NCBI GenBank assembly: GCA_903825465.1
Contig: CAIKAR010000059.1
Coordinates: forward strand, 11,971-75,970
Direction: 5' to 3'
Source: an uncultured Hyphomicrobiales bacterium
GTDB taxonomy: Bacteria > Pseudomonadota > Alphaproteobacteria > Rhizobiales > Beijerinckiaceae
DNA length: 64,000 bases
Within the stretch, counting starts at the first letter, position 1; each line of letters starts with the position of its first letter. Positions 8,897 through 16,738 of the stretch are shown here, piece after piece. The translations under genes were made by a program, and so were the position numbers. Under the pieces are notes generated by a model. It saw nothing but the letters and a program-made list of their open reading frames with translations. It ran no database searches and was not told where the DNA came from.

Positions 8897-9742
8897 ATGG
8901 AGGAAGCATTGACCGACAGTTGGATCAACCTGAAAACGTGGCCCGAGCTGGTCCTCGACAAGCTCGAGGGCGCCGGCGTGGCGCGCGTCACGCTCAACCG
9001 GCCGGAGAAGCGCAATTGCTGGAACCAGGCGATGTGCGACGCGTTCTTCGCCTCGCTTGAAATCGTCCGCGCCGACAAGGAGATAAAGGCCGTGATCACG
9101 CGCGGCGCGGGGCCGTGCTTTTCATCCGGCCTCGACCTCAACTTCCTCAAGGCCATGAGCGACGGCGCGTTGATGGATTGGGACCGCGCGTCGCCAACGA
9201 TCCGCCTCGCGGAGACGCTGCGCGGCTTTCCGCGCATCATGATCGCGCAGGTGCATTCCTATTGCCTCGGCGGCGCGCTTGGCATCATGAATTGCCACGA
9301 CCTTGTCTACGCCGCCGACGACGCCCAGCTCGGCATGCCCGAAATTCTGCGCGGCAGCTTCGGCCAGCTCGTGACCTCGACGCTGCTGCACGGCGGCGTG
9401 CCGATCAAGAAGCTCTCCCACATCGCGCTCGTCGGCCGCAACCTGTCCGGCGTCGAGGCCAGCGCTCTCGGCATCGTTTCGCAGTCGGTGCCGGCGGCGG
9501 AGCTGGAATCGTTCACGCTCGGAATCGCGCGCGAAATCGGCACGCGCCACCTCGCGCCGCTCGAACACCACAAGATCACCGCGCAGATGGGCCGCGACCT
9601 CTCGTTGTCGCAGGCGATCCAGCTCGATCAACTGGTCGGCCAGCGCCTGCGCCGCGCCATGGATCCGCTCGGCGATGTGAAATCCTATCTGAAAAGCCAG
9701 AAGGGCGGACCGAATCTCGACTTCAAGCGCGAGGATGTCTAG
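8897..9742 (+). CDS. Enoyl-CoA hydratase/isomerase (crotonase) family protein
   Basis: TLNRPEKRN, FSSGLDL, IAQVHSYCLGGA, GMPEI. Confidence 0.88.
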   Translation: MEEALTDSWINLKTWPELVLDKLEGAGVARVTLNRPEKRNCWNQAMCDAFFASLEIVRADKEIKAVITRGAGPCFSSGLDLNFLKAMSDGALMDWDRASPTIRLAETLRGFPRIMIAQVHSYCLGGALGIMNCHDLVYAADDAQLGMPEILRGSFGQLVTSTLLHGGVPIKKLSHIALVGRNLSGVEASALGIVSQSVPAAELESFTLGIAREIGTRHLAPLEHHKITAQMGRDLSLSQAIQLDQLVGQRLRRAMDPLGDVKSYLKSQKGGPNLDFKREDV

Positions 9743-9783
9743 GACGGCGGGAAAGGCCCCGCGCGGGCCTGGACCCGCAAGCG

Positions 9784-10188
9784 CTAGTTTTCGGACATGA
9801 ACCGATCGGCCGGGGGCAGCGCGCCAAAAGGCGTGTCCGGCGGCCGGCTTCCCGCGATGGAGGCGGCGGACGAGGCTGTCGCCGCGGCGGAAATGATATC
9901 AACGGACTTGGACGACGGCGCGTAGGCGAGCGGCGAGGCGTCGTCGTCGCTGGCCGGTTCCGTCGACCGCAGCGCGGCGACCTGCGCGGCCGGCGGCGGT
10001 AGCTTCGCGGTTGACGCGTGTTTCGTTTCGCCACGCATGTATTTCAGGTTCGCGGCCTTCGACGCGCACACATGGAGGGACACGCGGTAGATTTGCCCGG
10101 AGGGGCATTGCGCGGCGTCCGCGCCGTTGAAACCGGCCGACGCCGCGCACAAGGCGAACGCGCCCAGCGGCGCGAGCGATTTGATCAT
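9784..10188 (-). CDS. Small exported hypothetical protein
   Basis: Signal peptide MIKSLAPLGAFALCAASAG; CPSGQIYRVSLHVC; Ala/Pro/Ser-rich tail; fills the gap between convergent genes. Confidence 0.6.
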   Translation of the reverse strand: MIKSLAPLGAFALCAASAGFNGADAAQCPSGQIYRVSLHVCASKAANLKYMRGETKHASTAKLPPPAAQVAALRSTEPASDDDASPLAYAPSSKSVDIISAAATASSAASIAGSRPPDTPFGALPPADRFMSEN

Positions 10189-10290
10189 CGTGGACTCCAA
10201 CAAACCACAACGCCCGAAGGCGTTTTCACGGTCGGCCCCGTTGCCCGCCCCTGAAATCCATACGCGCCCGCGAAAAAGGCGAGAATATGT

Positions 10291-11313
10291 CTACGCCGGA
10301 CCGATATCCTTCAACGCCGCTTGCAAAAACGAGAGATCGACCGCTTTTTCGATCGTCACGGGGTTTTCGATGAGCCCCGCTTTTTTGAAATAATCGAGAT
10401 CGCCGCGCAGGCTTTCCATGTTGAGTTTTCCGTTGGGGTCGGAATAGCTCGTGTTGAACGACTTGTAGATCGCGGGATCGCGGAAAGGCCCGTATTCCGC
10501 GAGGATGGCGGCGACCGCGTCGCCCTTGGCGCCGGCGTAGCGGCCATCGACCAGCGCGTCGTTGAAATCGCGCACGCCGCGCAGCAGCGCGCCGAGGAAG
10601 CCCCGGGCGGCGTCCGCCTTTTGTTTCGCGAATTGTCCGGCGAACTGCGTGACCGACAATTGATGAAAGGGATAGACCTCGTCGTCGCCCATGATGCGAA
10701 CGGCCGAGCCCTGTCGAACAGCCTCCGAAGCGGAGGGCTCCACGGTGAAGGAGGCGTCGACGGCCTTGTTGGCGAGCGCCACGACGTGCTGTGGAAATCC
10801 CAGCGCGATCTGATCGACATCCGCCGCGGTCAGACCGCCCTTCTCGAGCGCGCGGCCAATGGTTGCCATCGACGACGTGCCAGGCGCGGCCATCGCGATC
10901 TTCATGCCCTTCAGGTCGGCGAGCGTCTTGTAGCGGCCGCTTTCCACGTGGTCGCGGCGCACGAGAAGGGGCTGCGTGCCGCGGCCCGGCGGGGTTGAAT
11001 TCTTGTCGCAGACGATGCGCACGTCGATGCCGCGTCCAATCGCGTTGTAGAAAGCGGCGGAGACGGCGCCCGTGCCGACGTCCACGTCGCCGGCGACGAA
11101 CGGCGCGATCATTCGCGCCGCGGAATCGAACTGGATGAATTCCACGTCGAGCCCGGCCGCGGCGAAGTAGCCGCGCTTATGCGCGATGAACAGGCTCACA
11201 TCGCTGGCGGAATTGGTGATGCCAACGCGAACGGCTTGCCCCGCCCGCGCGCGCCCGGCCGCGGCGGACACAACCGCCGCGCCAACAAAAATCCGGCGGT
11301 TCAACAAAGCCAT
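10291..11313 (-). CDS. ABC transporter substrate-binding protein, NMT1/THI5-SsuA-like (orphan)
   Basis: Tat-like NRR; KRGYFAAAGLDVEF; DLKGMKIA; VEP. Confidence 0.87.
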   Translation of the reverse strand: MALLNRRIFVGAAVVSAAAGRARAGQAVRVGITNSASDVSLFIAHKRGYFAAAGLDVEFIQFDSAARMIAPFVAGDVDVGTGAVSAAFYNAIGRGIDVRIVCDKNSTPPGRGTQPLLVRRDHVESGRYKTLADLKGMKIAMAAPGTSSMATIGRALEKGGLTAADVDQIALGFPQHVVALANKAVDASFTVEPSASEAVRQGSAVRIMGDDEVYPFHQLSVTQFAGQFAKQKADAARGFLGALLRGVRDFNDALVDGRYAGAKGDAVAAILAEYGPFRDPAIYKSFNTSYSDPNGKLNMESLRGDLDYFKKAGLIENPVTIEKAVDLSFLQAALKDIGPA

Positions 11314-11340
11314 TGCGTGGAACTCTTCGACATGGGCGCG

Positions 11341-11376
11341 AAAAGAAGAAGCGCCGCCGACCCGCGTCGGCGGCGC
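11341..11376 (-). terminator. Intrinsic terminator after the CxxCH/Vgb gene
   Basis: 11-bp stem gcgccgccgac/gtcggcggcgc with 4-nt loop, followed by ttcttctttt on the minus strand. Confidence 0.7.
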
Positions 11377-11389
11377 CGCCGGGAGGTGT

Positions 11390-13036
11390 TCAGTCCTGCG
11401 GTTCGACCTTGACGATCGACGCGCCGTGGTTGGAGCCAACCCAGAAGGTCGGGATGGGCGTGGAGTTGTCGACGAAGACGCGGCGCATGTTGGTGTCGCG
11501 CGGCAGCGGGTATTCGACGGCGGCGCCGGTTTTCGGATCGAGGCGCACGACGCGGTCGGTGGTCATGCCGCCCGTCCACAGGTCGCCGTTCTTGTCCCAG
11601 ACGACGTCGTAGGGGCTGGTGAACTTCGTCGGCATCGGGAACTCGGTTGTCTTTTCCGTCGTGGTGTCGAGCATGCCGATGTTGTTGCCGCGGAATTCCG
11701 CGAACCAGAACCGCCCCTGCGCGTCCATGTGGCCGCGCCGGTTGCGCGCCACCGGCGTCGCGACCTGGTAGGTCTTGGTCGAGAAGTCCTTCGCGTCGAC
11801 GCGCATGATCGTGTTCGACTGGAAGTCGGTGAGGAAGAGGTTGTTCGAGGCGTCGGGCGCTATGTCGTAGAAGGAATGTTGCGCCTTGCCGCCGGGCAAC
11901 ACCGCGATCGGATTGAGATCCTCGTATTTTCCGGTGTTGACATCGAGACGCAGAATGCCTTGCGAGCCCGCGTCGTTTGTCCAGATTTTTCCGTCGAGAT
12001 CCTGATGCAGCGTCACCATGTTGAGCTGCGTGTCGTCCTTGTTGCGCTCGGCCGACACGGGGAAATAGGTGAACTGCTCGGTCTTCGGATCGAACTTGGC
12101 GAGGGCGGCCTGATACATCATGCCCACCCAAAGATTGCCGTCCTTGTCGGGGTTGATGTCGAGGTTGCCCGTCGGCCAGCCCGGCTTGAAAACCTTCATC
12201 TCGTATTCGGAGGGCTTGCCCGTCGTCATGTCGAGCTTGCCGAGGAACTGCTCGCCGAAGTTCGTGTAATAGACCGAGCCGTTGAACACGATCACGTCGT
12301 GCGGCTCGATGGTTTTGCGCGGCAGGTCGTATTCGGTGATGACGACATGCGTGCCCCGGCCCTTCACGCGCGGCATTGTCTTTAGTTCATAGTTCCACGT
12401 CGGGCTCTCGCTCAGGTTGATGGTGGCGAGGTAGTCGGCCATCTTGCGGAAGCGCTTCTCGGGATCCTCCGAGCGCGAGAACTCCTTGCGCGGCTGAGGC
12501 TTGATCGGCTGGCTCACCTGCGCGTAGCTCGACATGCGCGTCTGGATGGCGACGAAGCCGTCGGAATCGTAGGACGACCGCACGATGCGCTCGAGCGTAT
12601 GGCAGCTCACGCAGTTGATCATGTCGCGCTTCTGGTCGTCGGTGCCGGGAATGCTGGCCATCCACTCGGCGTTGGTGAGTTGTTTGGCGAGGTTCTTGGT
12701 CTTCTTGAGCTTCACGTCGTTGGTCGCCGCGGCGTCGGCGAGATCGAGCGACTTGGCGCTGTCGAGTTCCCAGCCCGCGGCGCGGATCGTGATCGCGTAT
12801 TTGCCCGGCGAGAGCTTGTCAGCGGGGAAGGCGTAATGGCCCTTGTCGTCGGAAATCACGCTGACGGTGATGTTGGAGCCGTCCTTGTGGGCGCTGACGA
12901 TGACGCCTTCCATCGCGCCCTCTTCGGCCGAGGAGACAACGCCGGTCAGGGCCGCGGCTTGCGCGGCGGCGAAGGGAAAACCAAACACCGCGAGCGCGGC
13001 GGCGCCGACGGTCGACAGCAATCTGTGCTTGCTCAT
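11390..13036 (-). CDS. Exported protein: carboxypeptidase-regulatory-like domain + CxxCH haem motif + Vgb-like beta-propeller
   Basis: Signal peptide ending AQA; TGVVSS..GAMEGVIVSA..TVSVISDDKGHY; CVSCH; propeller repeats GNLWVG, GKIWTN, GRFWF, GDLWTG. Confidence 0.85.
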   Translation of the reverse strand: MSKHRLLSTVGAAALAVFGFPFAAAQAAALTGVVSSAEEGAMEGVIVSAHKDGSNITVSVISDDKGHYAFPADKLSPGKYAITIRAAGWELDSAKSLDLADAAATNDVKLKKTKNLAKQLTNAEWMASIPGTDDQKRDMINCVSCHTLERIVRSSYDSDGFVAIQTRMSSYAQVSQPIKPQPRKEFSRSEDPEKRFRKMADYLATINLSESPTWNYELKTMPRVKGRGTHVVITEYDLPRKTIEPHDVIVFNGSVYYTNFGEQFLGKLDMTTGKPSEYEMKVFKPGWPTGNLDINPDKDGNLWVGMMYQAALAKFDPKTEQFTYFPVSAERNKDDTQLNMVTLHQDLDGKIWTNDAGSQGILRLDVNTGKYEDLNPIAVLPGGKAQHSFYDIAPDASNNLFLTDFQSNTIMRVDAKDFSTKTYQVATPVARNRRGHMDAQGRFWFAEFRGNNIGMLDTTTEKTTEFPMPTKFTSPYDVVWDKNGDLWTGGMTTDRVVRLDPKTGAAVEYPLPRDTNMRRVFVDNSTPIPTFWVGSNHGASIVKVEPQD

Positions 13037-13151
13037 TGTAACCTCCCAATGCCCAGGCGTTCGCCGCCAGCGGGTTCATTTCACAGGGGGAAGTTGCGCC
13101 CAACCCGGCGCGAACGCAAGCGGCCCGCCTCTTTCGCCGGGAGGACGCGGA

Positions 13152-14252
13152 CTAAAATTCCGTCGCGCCGACCAAATCGTCGAGCAGGTCGGCGCCGTCG
13201 AACGCGGGCGCGGCGGCTGTCTTCGCGGGCAGGTGGGAACGGCCCTCGAACACGCCCTTCAACGTGTAGTGCGCGAGCGGCATCGCGCCGGCGGCGCGCA
13301 CGTCCGGGTTCAGCGCGAGATAGGCCGCGGGGTTCCAGCCGGCGGGGCGCCAGCCGCGCTCGCGGGGCGGCGGCGCGTCGACGGCGTAGGGGCGAAAGCC
13401 GAGATAGCGCCGCCATTTGTCGCGGCCCTCGGCGCCCTCTTCGACGGCGCCGTAGTTGACGAACTCGACGCCCGCGACATGCGCGTCGGCGGAGTCCAGC
13501 AGCCATTTCATCAGATCGAACATCAACAGCTTCGTCACGCCGTCGCGGAGAGCCGCGCCGTGGCCCATGAAGAACACCACTTCGACCAGGTTGCCGGAGC
13601 GGCCGAGCGTCGCCTTGGCCACCATGCGCTCGGGCTCGGCGTTGTTGAAGACGCCAAAGTCGATCTGCCAGTGCTCGGCGCAGGGCGGCGGCGAGAAGGC
13701 GATGGCTTTGTTTTCGCGAGGCGCCGGCGATGTCTCGGCGGACCGCAAGGCGACGGCCACGACGCCGCCCGACCGGATCAGTTTGGAACCGATGATGTCG
13801 CGCAGCGAACCCGCGTGGGAGCCGACGCCGACGCGCCGGGTGGCGTATCCCAGTTTGCGCGCCCGCGCCGCCTCCCGGCGGTCGTTGCCGTCGGAAATCC
13901 GCGAGACCGCGCGCAGGTAGTCGTCGAAGGAATTGTAGTCGCCAAGCTCGATCATGGCGGCGAAAGGGCTGATCATGGCGCGCGGCGAAGCGGACCGGGC
14001 GTCGCGTGAGAACCCCCCCAGCCCCTCCCAGCGCGCGGAAACATGGCACGCGCATCGGGTGTCGTGGCAATGGCCGCGAAAACGGATCGGGGCGACAGGC
14101 GCGAGCGCGCCTTTAGCCAAGCCATTGCGACGCAGCCTACCCTTGTGCCGCAGCGTTTCAATCACCTTGAAAAACCGCGCGGCGCGCCAGACGGTTTCAA
14201 AAGTAGTCCAGTAAACGTTTGAAATGAAATCTAAAATGCCGACGCTTGCCAT
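13152..14252 (-). CDS. Hypothetical protein with a GNAT-like core and a C-terminal YLxxNPDV module
   Basis: FFMGHGAALRDGVTKLLM..YG..GRDKWRRYLGF; WNPAAYLALNPDVRAAGAMPLAHYTLKGVFEGR. Start uncertain. Confidence 0.6.
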   Translation of the reverse strand: MASVGILDFISNVYWTTFETVWRAARFFKVIETLRHKGRLRRNGLAKGALAPVAPIRFRGHCHDTRCACHVSARWEGLGGFSRDARSASPRAMISPFAAMIELGDYNSFDDYLRAVSRISDGNDRREAARARKLGYATRRVGVGSHAGSLRDIIGSKLIRSGGVVAVALRSAETSPAPRENKAIAFSPPPCAEHWQIDFGVFNNAEPERMVAKATLGRSGNLVEVVFFMGHGAALRDGVTKLLMFDLMKWLLDSADAHVAGVEFVNYGAVEEGAEGRDKWRRYLGFRPYAVDAPPPRERGWRPAGWNPAAYLALNPDVRAAGAMPLAHYTLKGVFEGRSHLPAKTAAAPAFDGADLLDDLVGATEF

Positions 14253-14319
14253 CAAAAACCCAACCCGAAACACAAGCCAACCTTTTCCGGGAAGCGGCTC
14301 GCAAGCCCGGAACGCACAC

Positions 14320-14335
14320 ATTACATAAATGTAAT
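14320..14335. promoter_or_regulatory. Perfect AT-rich inverted repeat, putative operator
   Basis: ATTACAT-aa-ATGTAAT about 70 bp upstream of the 13152..14252 gene. Confidence 0.4.
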
Positions 14336-14399
14336 ATAGCTAAGAATTCCTCCCCGGCCAACCCCGTGAAGGGGGGTAATCGCCGTCATCGGACCGTTT

Positions 14400-16502
14400 T
14401 CAACCCGCGCGGAGCAGCCGCGCCGCCTCCTCGCGCTCGAATAAATCGAGCAACAGCCGCAGGGCCTCGCCACGCCCGCTCGTCAATTCGGGGTCGTCGC
14501 GCAACGCGCTGGCGGCCTCCTCCCGAGCGGCGGGAAGCAGGCCGGCGTGGGCCGCGAGGTCGGCGAGGCGGAAACCGGGCGTGCCGGACTGGCGCGAGCC
14601 GAGCACCTCGCCCTCGCCGCGAAGCCGGAGGTCTTCCTCGGCGATACGGAAACCATCCTCTGTCTCGCGCATGATGGCGAGGCGCCCGTTCGCGACTTCT
14701 CCCAGGGGCGCGCGATACAGCAACACGCACGACGACTTTCCCGCGCCGCGCCCGACGCGGCCGCGCAACTGATGGAGTTGGGCGAGGCCGAAGCGCTCGG
14801 CGTGCTCGATGATCATGATCGTCGCGTTGGGCACGTCGACTCCGACCTCGATGACCGTGGTGGCGACCAGCACCCGTGTCTCGCCGCGCTGAAAGGCCGC
14901 CATCGCCGCGTCCTTGTCGGCGCCCTTCATCTGGCCATGGACCAGGCCGACGCCCTCGCCGAAAATACCCTTGAGGTCGTCGAACCGGTCCCGCGCGGCG
15001 GAAAGGTCCAGCTCCTCGTTCTCCTCGACGAGAGGGCACACCCAGTAGGCTTGCGCGCCGGCGGCGGTGGCGCGCTTGAGCCCCTCCACCACCTCGCCAA
15101 CGCGCTCAAGCGGCATCGCGCGCGTTTCGATGGGTTGGCGTCCCGCCGGCTTCTCGCGCAGCGTCGAGACATCCATGTCGCCGAAGTAGGTCAGCACCAG
15201 CGTGCGCGGGATGGGCGTCGCCGTCATCACGAGAATGTCGACGCGATCGCCTTTTTCGCCGAGGGCGAGCCGTTGGTGGACGCCAAACCGGTGCTGCTCG
15301 TCGACCACCGCGAGAGCCAGGTCGCGGAAATCCACGCCGTCCTGGAAAATCGCGTGGGTGCCAACAAGAATATCGACGCCGCCGGCGGCCAGCGCGGCGA
15401 GCGTTCGACGGCGATGGGCGGCGGAGTCGCGGCCCGTGACGAGGGCGAGGCGCATTCCAGCGGCCGCGCATTGGGGCTCAAGCCGCTCGAAATGCTGGCG
15501 GGCCAAGATTTCAGTCGGCGCCATGAGCGCCGCCTGCCGGCCCGCTTCCACCGCGGTGGCCATCGCGAGCAGCGCGACGAGCGTCTTGCCGGAGCCGACA
15601 TCGCCCTGCAACAAGCGCAACATGCGATTGTGCGACGCCATGTCGGCGCGAATTTCCGCGACCGCCGCGGTTTGCGCGTCCGTCGGTGAAAACGGCAGGC
15701 CCTCGAGGACAAGTTCGGCGAGGCGTCCGTCCCCGGCTGTCGCGCGGCCGCGGTCGTCGCGCATGCGGGCGCGCACCATGATCAGCGCGAGCTGGCTGGC
15801 GAGAAGCTCGTCATAGGCGAGGCGAACTCGGGCCGGCGCGTCCAGCGCGACATCCGCCGGCGCGTTTGGCGCGTGGACGCTCGCCAGCGCCCGCGCGAAA
15901 GAGGGAAGCCCGCGCTGCCCCAGCCAGGCCTCGTCGCGCCATTCGGGCAGGTCGGGAAGACGTTTCAACGCCTCTCCCGCGGCCTTCGCGACGACGCGCT
16001 GATAAAGCCCCTCGGTCAAGCCATACACAGGCTCGACCGGGGGCAGCCGCTCAAGACCCGCCGCGTCCAGAATTTTGTCGGGATGGGTCATTTGCAAATG
16101 ACCCTCGTAGAGTTCGAGCCGCCCCGAAATCCACCGCGTCGCGCCGATGGGCAGCGCTTTTTCGATCCACTCGGCGTTGGCGCGGAAAAACACGAGTTGC
16201 ATGTCGCCGGTGTCGTCCTCCAGCAGCACGCGATAGGGCCCCTTGGCGTAGCGGCCTTGCGGAACGCGGTGCTCGACGACGCGCGCCTCGATCAGCACGA
16301 CCTGGTCGCGCGGGGCGTCGCGGATTTTGGGCCGCTCGCGCCGGTCGATGGTGGATTGCGGCAAATGAAACAGGAGATCGACGACGCGCGCGCCCTCGCC
16401 GCCGCGGTCGAGCAGGCGGTCGAACAGCTTGCCGGTCTTCGGCCCGACGCCGGTCAGGCTCGCCAAGGGCGCGAAGAGCGGATTGAGGATCGTCTGGCGC
16501 AT
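14400..16502 (-). CDS. recG: ATP-dependent DNA helicase RecG
   Basis: LLQGDVGSGKT, MAPTEILARQH, DEQHRFGV, MTATPIPRTL, AERFGLAQLHQLRGRVGRG, EEDLRLRGEGE. Confidence 0.97.
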   Translation of the reverse strand: MRQTILNPLFAPLASLTGVGPKTGKLFDRLLDRGGEGARVVDLLFHLPQSTIDRRERPKIRDAPRDQVVLIEARVVEHRVPQGRYAKGPYRVLLEDDTGDMQLVFFRANAEWIEKALPIGATRWISGRLELYEGHLQMTHPDKILDAAGLERLPPVEPVYGLTEGLYQRVVAKAAGEALKRLPDLPEWRDEAWLGQRGLPSFARALASVHAPNAPADVALDAPARVRLAYDELLASQLALIMVRARMRDDRGRATAGDGRLAELVLEGLPFSPTDAQTAAVAEIRADMASHNRMLRLLQGDVGSGKTLVALLAMATAVEAGRQAALMAPTEILARQHFERLEPQCAAAGMRLALVTGRDSAAHRRRTLAALAAGGVDILVGTHAIFQDGVDFRDLALAVVDEQHRFGVHQRLALGEKGDRVDILVMTATPIPRTLVLTYFGDMDVSTLREKPAGRQPIETRAMPLERVGEVVEGLKRATAAGAQAYWVCPLVEENEELDLSAARDRFDDLKGIFGEGVGLVHGQMKGADKDAAMAAFQRGETRVLVATTVIEVGVDVPNATIMIIEHAERFGLAQLHQLRGRVGRGAGKSSCVLLYRAPLGEVANGRLAIMRETEDGFRIAEEDLRLRGEGEVLGSRQSGTPGFRLADLAAHAGLLPAAREEAASALRDDPELTSGRGEALRLLLDLFEREEAARLLRAG

Positions 16503-16738
16503 GTTCCCGGTTTAGACCCGCGGCGCGGCCGCGGACAAGCCGGCGGCGACAGGAAACGACGACGTTGGCGAAATCAGGCGCGCGGAATTTCGCGTCGGCT
16601 TTCAGTTTCTCCCCGAAGGAACGCCGCGTCGGCGTCCCGGCTCGCGCGATTGTCAACGCGCGGCAAAAACTCTATCCGTTCATCGGACTATCAAAATGGT
16701 TCCGCGCGCCGGCGCGAAACGTCAACGGAGGACGTCGA

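Noticed and set aside
11390-13036. Streptogramin resistance (vgb) call
   Set aside because: The signal peptide, extra N-domain and CxxCH are inconsistent with cytoplasmic Vgb; only the fold is shared.
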